64,000 nucleotides of DNA from a virus (IMGVR_UViG_3300021958_011541:1-64000); one strand, 5' to 3'. Positions 10,314 to 18,709 are shown, counted from the stretch's first letter. The notes: generated by a model not told the origin, from the sequence alone. Numbers and translations: made by a program.

Positions 10314-10871
10314 TCATTCTCCAAATTTATATCCAAAATACTCTATATCCTTTGCGTATTTTTGTGCAACAATCTCGCGAGTTTCGTCATCATAGTATTC
10401 GGTGTAGTGTTTGTGTTTTGATTTATTCGTGTGGGAAAGCTTTCGACGCGGAATTCCAATTTTGTCACAGGCTGTATTGAAATCTCTCTGGAGTTTTTCA
10501 AATTTTATTATATAATTCAAACTTATTTTACCACCTACTCTTATTCCATTATAGTTAAGGGCATTCGGTCGTTGACTAAAGGTATATAAATATTCTTTAA
10601 AACCATTTTGACAGTAGTCATTATCAATATGTTGAGGCTGTTGTTTTATAAATGTATACCTTGAAACTTCACGATCCCAAGGGTTTCGTACAGCTCCAAA
10701 TTTAAAATAAGATTGAAACACTTCTTCCGATAAACTTTCCTTAATTTCAGATATACCTGCGTGATGAGGATTGTGTAGTTCGTCATACTCGCGATAAAAC
10801 GCAGTCCGAATAGTTGTCCCTGCTGTTTTTGGAATGTGAACAAATATAAATTGATGCCTATGACTTATCAT
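10314..10871 (-). CDS. Sulfotransfer_2-family sulfotransferase
   Basis: FVHIPKTAGTT, VRNPWDR, GYKFGE*. Confidence 0.9.
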   Translation of the reverse strand: MISHRHQFIFVHIPKTAGTTIRTAFYREYDELHNPHHAGISEIKESLSEEVFQSYFKFGAVRNPWDREVSRYTFIKQQPQHIDNDYCQNGFKEYLYTFSQRPNALNYNGIRVGGKISLNYIIKFEKLQRDFNTACDKIGIPRRKLSHTNKSKHKHYTEYYDDETREIVAQKYAKDIEYFGYKFGE

Positions 10872-10874
10872 TTC

Positions 10875-11564
10875 TCATTCTCCAAATTCGTATCCAAAAT
10901 ACTCAATGTCTCGTACATACCTTTGCGCTACAATCTCACGAGTTTTACCGTTGTAGTATTCGGTGTAGTGTTTGTGTTTGCTTTTGTATAAATGTGGAAG
11001 TTTTTGTCGTGGAATTCCAATTTTTTCGCAGACAATGTCAAAATCTGCTTGAAAATTTTCGAATTTTCCAATGAAATTTAGATCTTTTATGTTTCCTAGT
11101 TGAGCTTCAAATTTATAAACTTGAGATTCCCAATGTGCGTCGTGAATCCGCAAAGTAAAATTTACAAAAGCTCGAAAAGAAAATTTATTTGGGTCAATAG
11201 GTTTTTTACCATAAAACGAAAGTATGTTGTGGTCTTCTGCTGGAAAATCGCCTATTTTTATTTCTTTTTTATTTATTTTTGCAATTATTTCATGTAGATG
11301 CGCAAACCTTGAAACCAGTCGATCGTAAGGATTTCTGACGAATGTAAAAATATAATCAAAATTTTTCTTTTTAAAAGGGTACCAGTCTCTTGCGCTGAAT
11401 TCATGTTTGTAAAGAGTCGTAACTATTGAAGTACATGCCGCTTTGTGATTTACTACGTATGCAGCTTTTTTTTCTTGATTGAGCGAACCAAATATTTTAT
11501 TTTTATATTCCATATCAAAATTCGTATTCAAATGTTTCAATATCTCTTGCGTATTTTTCAGCAA
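10875..11564 (-). CDS. Sulfotransfer_2-family sulfotransferase
   Basis: NHKAACTS, FVRNPYDRLVS, HW.SQ, FIGKFE, GYEFGE*. Confidence 0.85.
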   Translation of the reverse strand: MLKNTQEILKHLNTNFDMEYKNKIFGSLNQEKKAAYVVNHKAACTSIVTTLYKHEFSARDWYPFKKKNFDYIFTFVRNPYDRLVSRFAHLHEIIAKINKKEIKIGDFPAEDHNILSFYGKKPIDPNKFSFRAFVNFTLRIHDAHWESQVYKFEAQLGNIKDLNFIGKFENFQADFDIVCEKIGIPRQKLPHLYKSKHKHYTEYYNGKTREIVAQRYVRDIEYFGYEFGE

Positions 11565-12378
11565 CTATCTTTTTTGTTTCAGGGCTATAATACATTCTGT
11601 ATTTTTTATCTTCAGGCAAGATTAGTTTTTTCGAAGGTTTTTGACTTTTTCGCAAATAATTTGATCTGATTCTAAACCCTTCGTTAAAATGCGGAACCTT
11701 TCCAAGTTCAAGAGAGTTTATGTTGCAAAATTTTTCAAAATCTTTTTCGTAATTTTCAAATTTTCCTACAAAATCTAAAGCAAGTTGATAATTATTGTGA
11801 GTGAAACTATATTGATCTTTAAAGTGCGAAGCTCTGTTACCTGGCCCTTTTTTAAACTTAATATCTTGAAAAAAGCCTCGCTCTAAAAGAAAATCTTTTA
11901 AGGTATGGTTTTTAAATGATTTTCTTGATTCTCTACAAAGATAAGACCATTCAGAAACAGCCCTGCTCCAAGGATTTCTCACAAAAGCAAATTTAAAATA
12001 TTTATTCCAGGATTTTTTTGAAATCGTATTTATTATTTCTTTTGAAGTGAGATGCTGTAACCATGAATTAGTTGATGCTGACCAACCAACTAAGCGGCCT
12101 TTGTTAAGAAGTTGAGGATACCTATTTTCTTTAATTCCGCTTTCTATATAATGATTTTTACCCCACTCATGTTTTTTGTTTTTTGGATATTTAAATATAG
12201 GGACAGATATATTCTCAAAGTGATTTTTTAAGTCTGGAAAAAAATCTACATATTTTTTAAAGTCAAAATTCTCAATAAAATATTTTTCTATAAATTTTTT
12301 ATACAAAATGTTTTCAATGCTTGAGCCTCCAGTTCTTGGTATATGTATAAATATAATTTTTTCTGAATCTATTTTCAT
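11515..12378 (-). CDS. Sulfotransfer_2-family sulfotransferase
   Basis: FIHIPRTGGSS, FVRNPWSR, DFVGKFE. Confidence 0.85.
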   Translation of the reverse strand: MKIDSEKIIFIHIPRTGGSSIENILYKKFIEKYFIENFDFKKYVDFFPDLKNHFENISVPIFKYPKNKKHEWGKNHYIESGIKENRYPQLLNKGRLVGWSASTNSWLQHLTSKEIINTISKKSWNKYFKFAFVRNPWSRAVSEWSYLCRESRKSFKNHTLKDFLLERGFFQDIKFKKGPGNRASHFKDQYSFTHNNYQLALDFVGKFENYEKDFEKFCNINSLELGKVPHFNEGFRIRSNYLRKSQKPSKKLILPEDKKYRMYYSPETKKIVAEKYARDIETFEYEF

Positions 12379-12383
12379 GAAAG

Positions 12384-13103
12384 CTATAAAATATAGTTTA
12401 CGCCAAGTTTTTTGGTAAAAATAAAAACATTAATCATTCTTTCTAAAATAAAAGGAACAAAAGGCCAATAATTAAGACCTGTAGATAATTGTAAGCTTTT
12501 TGGAAAAGGCATAAAGTAATCTGAAGGAAGGTAAGCAAGATGCCTAACTTCTTCATCGTGTTTAATTAGTTCTATTGTCGGTTCTAAAAATTCATCAATG
12601 TAGGATCTTAGCACATGTTGTTTTGCCAAAAAAATATTTGTAAATATTTGAGTAATCGGTCGATCTAAATGATTTCCGTTGTTGAGATTCGGAATTTTTA
12701 ATTTTTTTAATATTAAATCCATGCATCTCCAGTAACCTGGAAATACAGGATGGCAATGAAGTATTCTTGGGTGTGCAGGACCTTGATTTAATTCTGACCA
12801 ATCATAAGAAGAAAGCTTTGGAGCTATTATATCGTGTGTGCTGGAATATTTATTCGCACATTTTTGGAGGTATTGAAGACTAAAATTTGGGTTTCTGGGA
12901 ATTTTTGATTTCACTTTCCAGGAAAAAACTCCCATCCAGTCAAAATCTACCCCTCTTTGCTTTGCACCTCTAAAAAGCTCAATTAGGACAGAGTTTTCGC
13001 AAAAAATTTCATTTTTTTGATTGAAAAAATGGTCAAATCCAGGCAGTAAGCTAGTTCGCTGAGATTGGTCGTAATAAATTTGGTAAGCGATTATTTTTTC
13101 CAT
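12384..13103 (-). CDS. Hypothetical glycan-cluster protein
   Basis: 239 aa ORF, YQIYYD start, PFILER end; family not assigned. Confidence 0.6.
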   Translation of the reverse strand: MEKIIAYQIYYDQSQRTSLLPGFDHFFNQKNEIFCENSVLIELFRGAKQRGVDFDWMGVFSWKVKSKIPRNPNFSLQYLQKCANKYSSTHDIIAPKLSSYDWSELNQGPAHPRILHCHPVFPGYWRCMDLILKKLKIPNLNNGNHLDRPITQIFTNIFLAKQHVLRSYIDEFLEPTIELIKHDEEVRHLAYLPSDYFMPFPKSLQLSTGLNYWPFVPFILERMINVFIFTKKLGVNYIL

Positions 13104-13261
13104 TTGCAGTAGCTTGGATTTTCTCTTCGTTTTTTTTGCATATACTCTCTTTTTTGTTTTCTGCGTCTTTCAATGTCAGACTCATCATATTTTGCCTGAG
13201 CCTTTTTTAAGGCTTCTTGACCCTTTGGGGTTGAGAAATACTTTTTTTGCCTGGATTCCAT
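13091..13261 (-). CDS. Small basic protein (56 aa), not in the ORF track
   Basis: MESRQKKYFSTPKGQEALKKAQAKYDESDIERRRKQKREYMQKKRRENPSYCKWKK; GTGTA motif 14 nt upstream. Confidence 0.6.
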   Translation of the reverse strand: MESRQKKYFSTPKGQEALKKAQAKYDESDIERRRKQKREYMQKKRRENPSYCKWKK

Positions 13262-13306
13262 AATTTTATATACACTTAAAATAAGTGTTAGTATGTATAT
13301 AGTCCA

Positions 13307-13435
13307 CTACCCTTTTTTTTTGTTTTTAATTTTTTTTTGGGGTCTTGGCTTTTTCCAGTTAATAGATTCGTAATTTGTTCTATATTTTTTAGAAAAATTA
13401 TTTCGAGGAGAATCTCCTTTGCCATTTGCACTCAT
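13307..13435 (-). CDS. Small basic protein (42 aa), not in the ORF track
   Basis: MSANGKGDSPRNNFSKKYRTNYESINWKKPRPQKKIKNKKKG; ATGA overlap with the upstream stop. Confidence 0.55.
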   Translation of the reverse strand: MSANGKGDSPRNNFSKKYRTNYESINWKKPRPQKKIKNKKKG

Positions 13436-13662
13436 AAAATTTGCCTGTGAATCCACAAGGTGCAAGAATTATTCTTGCGATCTTTTTGATATTGATCAAT
13501 AGAAAAATCATTTGATTCGCAAGCCAGCGAAAAATTCTGAAAGTCTTCTAGTTTTATAGTTAATTTCACTTCTTCAACTTTTATGAAGGTATAATCATTC
13601 TTCCTTACAAGCTTCTCAGAAACTTCTGAATTTGCACAATATTTTTCATAAAAAAACTTCAT
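13432..13662 (-). CDS. Hypothetical protein
   Basis: Packed ORF. Confidence 0.5.
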   Translation of the reverse strand: MKFFYEKYCANSEVSEKLVRKNDYTFIKVEEVKLTIKLEDFQNFSLACESNDFSIDQYQKDRKNNSCTLWIHRQIL

Positions 13663-13663
13663 A

Positions 13664-13906
13664 CTAAGCTTTTGTTAGCGAAATAATTCTATCGTGACGA
13701 AAAGATCTGTACTCTTTTCTTGCAAAACAAAAGGCTCTAAACCCAGCATTGTTTCTATGCTCGCTATTGTTTCCAAAAGATGCGTCTAATTTAGGCGTTG
13801 ATATTTCATAAGTTTTTACTTTGCCTTGAGAGTTTTTATAAACCAAAAAAAACTTTTTGGCTAAAAATTTATAATAAATAGAGTTTAATAAGTTTTGATT
13901 TTTCAT
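13664..13906 (-). CDS. Stand-alone WYL-like domain protein (80 aa); likely start 13906
   Basis: C-terminal FRAFC..RKEYRSFRHDRIISL resembles the WYL R-x-F-R-x-D-R-I motif; the promoter position fixes the start. Confidence 0.55.
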   Translation of the reverse strand: MKNQNLLNSIYYKFLAKKFFLVYKNSQGKVKTYEISTPKLDASFGNNSEHRNNAGFRAFCFARKEYRSFRHDRIISLTKA

Positions 13907-13912
13907 AAAAGA

Positions 13913-13941
13913 ATTATATTGAATAAGTAAAGTTAAGTCAA
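13913..13941 (-). promoter_or_regulatory. Sigma70-type promoter
   Basis: TTGACT-17 nt-TATAAT, 7 nt before the ATG at 13906. Confidence 0.75.
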
Positions 13942-14780
13942 GAAAATTGTGAGAAAAAACCAACCCTATGAATGTTACCAATCGGATTTGAATCTACAAT
14001 CGTATATTTTGGCAATTCATTTAATCCATGTGATTTATAGTGTTCTGAAACTTTTTCTGAAGTATCAAAAACAGAATCAAAATTATATACTCGAGATTTG
14101 TTTTGGTCAATATGATCTTGTTCATACCATTTTCTGTATTTGTTTACCGTTATCCCTTTCATTCCTACATCCTTTGGCGCATAAAAACGAGGGAAACCCT
14201 CCCATTTTGAGAAATTTTTTTCCATTATTCTTGAAAAATATTTTTGAGATGCATTATAACTCTTTAATTTCCAAACCTCCTCTGGAATCTTTCCTCCAAA
14301 TTCTAAATTCAACATTATTGGCTCATTAGATTTGTTGGTTATGGGCCAAAATTTTTTGTGAACGCTAAAAAAACTTAACCTTTTTTGAAAATCGGTATCT
14401 TCATAACCCCAACCACAATATTCATTGCTAAAACCATTTACGGCAGTAAAATCTGACGCAAGCATTTTAAATCCTCCCGCGCAAAGAAACCACCATTCTG
14501 GTTTATCTGAATATCTATAATCTATTCCTGACATCGGTAAGATATCAATATCATGGAAAACAAAATAGTCGCCTAAATTGTGTCTAATTGAGTAATCCGC
14601 GCCAACATTTATAGATAACCCTCTATTGAAGTAATGATCGTCTAGCTGTTCTGCCAAAATAACGCAAAAATCATCTTGAGTAAAATTGTTTTTATAGTGT
14701 AGATATTTTGTTAAACCCTTCAAGAATACGTCTAGAAAGGGTTTTCTGCCTCTATATGGAATAACAATTGAAAGTTTCAT
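13938..14780 (-). CDS. GT7-like (beta-1,4-galactosyltransferase type) glycosyltransferase
   Basis: IVIPYRGR, FNRGLSINVG, VFHDID, NGFSNEYCGWGYED. Confidence 0.85.
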   Translation of the reverse strand: MKLSIVIPYRGRKPFLDVFLKGLTKYLHYKNNFTQDDFCVILAEQLDDHYFNRGLSINVGADYSIRHNLGDYFVFHDIDILPMSGIDYRYSDKPEWWFLCAGGFKMLASDFTAVNGFSNEYCGWGYEDTDFQKRLSFFSVHKKFWPITNKSNEPIMLNLEFGGKIPEEVWKLKSYNASQKYFSRIMEKNFSKWEGFPRFYAPKDVGMKGITVNKYRKWYEQDHIDQNKSRVYNFDSVFDTSEKVSEHYKSHGLNELPKYTIVDSNPIGNIHRVGFFSQFS

Positions 14781-14796
14781 TCAAAGCTATTATAGC

Positions 14797-15237
14797 TTAT
14801 GAATCTTTCTGTGTCAAATATTTAATAGTTTTATCTATATCAGATATTATCTTTTTAATATCTTCATTATTTCCCCATTGAGTCATCTGCCATAAAAGCT
14901 CTGCGGCAATCTCAGCATTAGGTCGGTCGCAAGAATTTTTAAATTCCATACAAGCTATGTTCTCCCATTCGCAAACATCTAGACTGTAAACGCTTTCTGA
15001 ACCTTCTTCGTCTTGTTTGCAAATTTCTATTTCACCATTTTCATTTTCAAGTATATAAAGAAAAGCCGTAGAGACCTTTTTATCGCACCTTAAACTACAT
15101 AGGGAATCAACAGCTTTTTGCAATTGAAGGTCTACTTCTACTATAGAATTGGTAGAATAGTCTTGAAGGTGTTTTTTATAGACGGCATTAAAAATAGATT
15201 TATAATTTAAAGACTGAACTAAGTCTACTGCATTCAT
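14797..15237 (-). CDS. Hypothetical protein
   Basis: 146 aa packed ORF. Confidence 0.55.
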   Translation of the reverse strand: MNAVDLVQSLNYKSIFNAVYKKHLQDYSTNSIVEVDLQLQKAVDSLCSLRCDKKVSTAFLYILENENGEIEICKQDEEGSESVYSLDVCEWENIACMEFKNSCDRPNAEIAAELLWQMTQWGNNEDIKKIISDIDKTIKYLTQKDS

Positions 15238-15437
15238 ATTGGATCTTGAGTATTAAAAATAGGGGAAAGGTCTCTATTTTTATAATAATAAATTAATAAA
15301 TTTTGAGAAAGTATGGCTTCATGTTGAATAGATATAGTTTCTTTTAAATATTCTACCTCTTCTGTTTTTTTATGATAATCCCACAAAAAAAACGATGTTA
15401 CTAAAATAATTAGTATGGTTTTAATTTTTTCACTCAC
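15234..15437 (-). CDS. Small single-TM membrane protein
   Basis: N-terminal hydrophobic ILIILVTSFFLW; GTGTA motif 14 nt upstream. Confidence 0.55.
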   Translation of the reverse strand: MSEKIKTILIILVTSFFLWDYHKKTEEVEYLKETISIQHEAILSQNLLIYYYKNRDLSPIFNTQDPI

Positions 15438-15458
15438 TAAAGTAGTTACACAATATAT

Positions 15459-15689
15459 TTATTGATTTTCAAAATCTTTTATATTTAATGGAGGGCACAA
15501 TAAAACCAAGTCAACTATCGATTCACTTAAAACATCATCAATGTCTGGACTTTCTTTTGACATATAAATTGCCGCCCTAATTCCATCTTGATCGTACCAG
15601 TCTATTTTAAGTAAATGTCTTGATTCAATTTCTTTTGGAAAGGTATTATCAAAATGATAATTTAAATATTGTTCCCCGATGTCTTGCAT
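15459..15689 (-). CDS. Hypothetical protein
   Basis: Packed ORF. Confidence 0.5.
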   Translation of the reverse strand: MQDIGEQYLNYHFDNTFPKEIESRHLLKIDWYDQDGIRAAIYMSKESPDIDDVLSESIVDLVLLCPPLNIKDFENQ

Positions 15690-15976
15690 TGCTTTAACAT
15701 TAATTTTACGTAATCATAGGTGTATTTAATTGCAGCTATCTTAATGTCTAAAATTTCTATCTCTGTAGTTAAGAGTTCTATATGAGGAGAATCTTCTATA
15801 GATTGTTTTGAAGTTTTATTTTTAAGCATTTGATTAATTTGATCTTTAATTTCTTCAGAAGAAATAGAAATTAATTCTGCCTCTTTATCTTCAAGCATCT
15901 TTTGGTGAGCTTGAAGAACTTCTTGTATTAAAGATAATGCGTGTCTAGATTCTTCGTCTTTTTTTATATAAAACAT
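15662..15976 (-). CDS. Hypothetical coiled-coil protein
   Basis: Helical, charged ORF. Confidence 0.55.
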   Translation of the reverse strand: MFYIKKDEESRHALSLIQEVLQAHQKMLEDKEAELISISSEEIKDQINQMLKNKTSKQSIEDSPHIELLTTEIEILDIKIAAIKYTYDYVKLMLKQCKTSGNNI

Positions 15977-15993
15977 TTTTGGTTTAAAAAATA

Positions 15994-16225
15994 GGTGTGG
16001 GAAGGGATTACTGTATACCCTCAGCTTTCAGTGTGAACATCAGTTCTACGAGTTCCTACTTGCACTACGCTTGGACTGGGAATCCTGCCTCAAATCATTC
16101 GATTCATTGGCACGCCACCACAGAGAAACGTATACTTTATCTCGCTCACAACGAGATTATTCAGTCACCCACAGGAGATCTCCGTCGAGATTTCCAAAGT
16201 CATTAAAATGTTAAAGATCAATTAT
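15994..16225 (-). ncRNA. Candidate structured non-coding RNA (unassigned)
   Basis: GC-elevated intergenic segment after a sigma70 promoter. Hairpins AUCUC-GACG-GAGAU, AUCUCG-N7-CGAGAU, UGCC..GGCA, GAAC-UGAU-GUUC. Nested long-range pairs GUGGG/CCCAC, GUAUAC/GUAUAC, UUUC/GAAA, UGUG/CACA. Confidence 0.6.
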
Positions 16226-16231
16226 TCGTAT

Positions 16232-16260
16232 ATAATACGAAAACTAACTAGATTTGTCAA
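16232..16260 (-). promoter_or_regulatory. Sigma70-type promoter for the candidate RNA
   Basis: TTGACA-17 nt-TATTAT. Confidence 0.75.
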
Positions 16261-16495
16261 CATTTTTTTTGCAAAAATTAAAAACTAAAAATATATTTTT
16301 TATATGCTTTATAAAAACATAACTTTTGTTAAAGAAGTTTGGCGCTGGTTTGACTTTGTCCACCCTGTCTATTGATGACTGGGTTAAACTATTTAACATT
16401 GGACACAATAACTTAACTTCTCTTTCAGAAAGGAAAAGTTTTTTATTTTTAAAATAAACAAACCAAAAATCTTCTTCGTGGTATATATTTTTCAA
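16244..16495 (-). CDS. Hypothetical protein
   Basis: Packed ORF. Confidence 0.45.
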   Translation of the reverse strand: MKNIYHEEDFWFVYFKNKKLFLSEREVKLLCPMLNSLTQSSIDRVDKVKPAPNFFNKSYVFIKHIKNIFLVFNFCKKNVDKSS

Positions 16496-17013
16496 TGTAA
16501 CCTTGCATAACAGTGAACAATATTATTATGTAATAAAGACTCGTAGTAATCATAATTAAATAATTCTGAATTTGAATCTACATAATCTTTTGACTCCGCA
16601 AAATCTAAAAAATTTATAGAACCATCATTAAAAACTTGAATCGATTCTGTGTTTCTAACATGCTTAACTAAAATGTATACTTTTGTTTTAAATTTCATAA
16701 AGTTTGATTTGTTCATTATTCGCTTTTTAATTAAGTATTCTGCTACGGTTTGCGCAGCAACTTTTGATTTGTATTTAACTTTTTGATGAGTATTTTTAAT
16801 TAAACAGTAATACTCTTTATTTTCAAAACTTAAACCTACTAGCGCATGCGGAGCAGCGGTGTCAAAAGTTCCTGTAGGAGAAAAGCCCTGCCTGACTGTT
16901 TGAAACCTACTAAATACAGAGGCTCTTACTAGATTTGAAATAAACATAGCATTGTTTTTACCCCAATTTCTATCATTTATATTCTCTGTATATTTTGTAG
17001 TATATTCTTTCAT
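16492..17013 (-). CDS. Hypothetical protein
   Basis: 173 aa ORF with 4-nt overlaps to neighbours. Confidence 0.55.
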   Translation of the reverse strand: MKEYTTKYTENINDRNWGKNNAMFISNLVRASVFSRFQTVRQGFSPTGTFDTAAPHALVGLSFENKEYYCLIKNTHQKVKYKSKVAAQTVAEYLIKKRIMNKSNFMKFKTKVYILVKHVRNTESIQVFNDGSINFLDFAESKDYVDSNSELFNYDYYESLLHNNIVHCYARLH

Positions 17014-17732
17014 TTTGGAAGTTTTGAAAAATTCTGAATTTTTTGAATTATAAACTTCAAAATTTTGCTTCTTTTAATATCTGAATGATTAAAAAAGAAA
17101 GTATGTATCCCTTTTTTAACACTATCTTCATCATTGAAAATCTTAATGAAATCTGGTAAGCCACTTTTTCCGTTGATGTCACTTTGCATTGGATCTCCAC
17201 AAATAAACAAAGTGCAATTTTCTCCTATACGGGTAATAAGCGTAGTTAATTCTTTAAAAGAGAAATTCTGGGCTTCGTCAGCTATAATAATTTTGTTATT
17301 CCAGCTCGCTCCCCGAAGGAAATTAACTGGTAATGCGGAAATTCTACCTTTATTTAATAAATCAGTTTTAAGTGTGTTGTTTTTGGGCAGAACCTCATCA
17401 AGTTTATCGAGCAAAGGTAATATATAGGGGTTGAACTTTTCTTCTAAATCTCCAGGCAAAGCGCCCATGCCTTTGTCTGCGCTTTCAATTACTGTTCGAA
17501 TATATATTAAGTCTTTGTTTGGATCTGCAGAAAGCAAGCGCATAGCTGAGTAAACAGACATATATGTTTTACTTGTGCCTGCTGGTCCTGCGACCAACAT
17601 TACTTTGGTGTCTTCTGATAAACTTTTTTCTAGAAAACTTAACTGTTTTTCGTCAAGCTTGAGACAATTTACTGTTATAGTTTGTTCTAGTTGAGGTATT
17701 TGGAATGTTTTTTTCTTTTTAGAAACTGCCAT
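17010..17732 (-). CDS. phoH: PhoH-family ATPase
   Basis: AGPAGTSKT, GALPGDLEEKFNPY, FLRGAS, ADEAQN, TRIGE, GDPMQSD. Confidence 0.95.
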   Translation of the reverse strand: MAVSKKKKTFQIPQLEQTITVNCLKLDEKQLSFLEKSLSEDTKVMLVAGPAGTSKTYMSVYSAMRLLSADPNKDLIYIRTVIESADKGMGALPGDLEEKFNPYILPLLDKLDEVLPKNNTLKTDLLNKGRISALPVNFLRGASWNNKIIIADEAQNFSFKELTTLITRIGENCTLFICGDPMQSDINGKSGLPDFIKIFNDEDSVKKGIHTFFFNHSDIKRSKILKFIIQKIQNFSKLPK

Positions 17733-17741
17733 ATAAAAGTA

Positions 17742-17746
17742 TACAC
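17742..17746 (-). promoter_or_regulatory. Representative copy of the recurrent GTGTA upstream motif
   Basis: GTGTA lies 12-18 nt upstream of 11 start codons in the window (see findings). Confidence 0.6.
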
Positions 17747-17750
17747 ATTT

Positions 17751-17939
17751 TTACTTTAATGATATACCTTTTGATTCGCAAATTCCAACTGAATATCCAA
17801 CTTTATAGTTAAAGCAATTAATGTAACACGCCAGAGCCAAAATAATATAGGGTTCAAATTTATAGAAACCAAAATTTAAAAATAGCAATGCTCCTATAAT
17901 TAGGAATGGCATGAATTTATTTAATAAATAATTGGTCAT
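17751..17939 (-). CDS. Small membrane protein
   Basis: Two hydrophobic segments. Confidence 0.5.
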   Translation of the reverse strand: MTNYLLNKFMPFLIIGALLFLNFGFYKFEPYIILALACYINCFNYKVGYSVGICESKGISLK

Positions 17940-18130
17940 TACGTAATAGTGTGAGGATGTTTTGTTTTGACAAAGCTTACCTTAGTGGCATCTGGATCTT
18001 TCCAACGCTTCAAGGTTTCTACTAAAGCCGAAGCTCTTTCTTGAACTTCTTCAATAGTTTTATAGCTTTCTGGTTCAACCCGTCTTTTATTGCGGGTAAC
18101 AACATATACATATTCTGTGTTAATTGTCAT
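17939..18130 (-). CDS. Hypothetical protein
   Basis: Packed ORF. Confidence 0.55.
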   Translation of the reverse strand: MTINTEYVYVVTRNKRRVEPESYKTIEEVQERASALVETLKRWKDPDATKVSFVKTKHPHTIT

Positions 18131-18131
18131 A

Positions 18132-18668
18132 TTATTTTTTCCACTTAGTTATATTTTTTAGTTTAAGTAAATCTTCGACTTTTACTTGTGTAATTTGATC
18201 TCTTCTTCCAGACCTTTGATAAATTCTATATTTTGCTTGAGAGGCCCTGTCTACATAATCTAAATCAAATCTAACGTTAGATTTAACGACCTCTATTAAA
18301 ACTTTTCTTGGGCAAAGAATAAAACAATCTTGTTGCTCAAAAGCAATAAAATCTGACTGACCATATAACCAACCATCTCTACCTTGAACATTTTTAATTT
18401 CTACCCAAACCCAAGAATCATTAAACTTTGAATCTTTTCTACTAGTCTTTTTTCTAGCTTTAATATCCACAGTAATTGTGTGGTCGCTTCCTGTATCTTT
18501 GCTCCGACCAGTGAGATAAAAATCGATATGATCAAAAATGTTTTGATTTCTCGTTGCTTTTTTAACAACATAATTTCTTGCTGTTGCCATATCTAAGAAT
18601 AGTTCTTCTGCGCTAGCACCTTGAGTAGCGCATTCTCCACTTTTGTCAAATTTGTTTTGGTATGTCAT
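18132..18668 (-). CDS. PD-(D/E)XK-like nuclease-fold protein
   Basis: DHIDFYL..TVDIKARKK, WVEIKN, GWLYG. Confidence 0.55.
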   Translation of the reverse strand: MTYQNKFDKSGECATQGASAEELFLDMATARNYVVKKATRNQNIFDHIDFYLTGRSKDTGSDHTITVDIKARKKTSRKDSKFNDSWVWVEIKNVQGRDGWLYGQSDFIAFEQQDCFILCPRKVLIEVVKSNVRFDLDYVDRASQAKYRIYQRSGRRDQITQVKVEDLLKLKNITKWKK

Positions 18669-18680
18669 GATTATGGTTAT

Positions 18681-18709
18681 ATAATACTAGTATATATTGA
18701 AAAAGTCAA
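18681..18709 (-). promoter_or_regulatory. Sigma70-type promoter
   Basis: TTGACT-17 nt-TATTAT. Confidence 0.65.

Noticed and set aside
7112-11564. CRISPR array or DGR (TR/VR) explanation for the repeats
   Set aside because: The repeats are in-frame coding blocks without regular spacing, there are only two mismatches, and no cas or reverse transcriptase gene is in the window. 46491-47543 is a replication-linked Cas4-like nuclease.
16020-16050. Hammerhead-like CUGAUGU...GAAA on the minus strand
   Set aside because: The core deviates from CUGANGA, and the flanking helices fit a simple GAAC/GUUC hairpin better.
15994-16172. tRNA (or intron-containing tRNA) reading of the structured segment
   Set aside because: No UUCRA T-loop, no D-arm or anticodon arm, and only a 5-bp acceptor-like stem.
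15997-16206. Plus-strand 69-aa ORF
   Set aside because: Antisense to the promoter-driven structured segment; it is open only because of higher GC.
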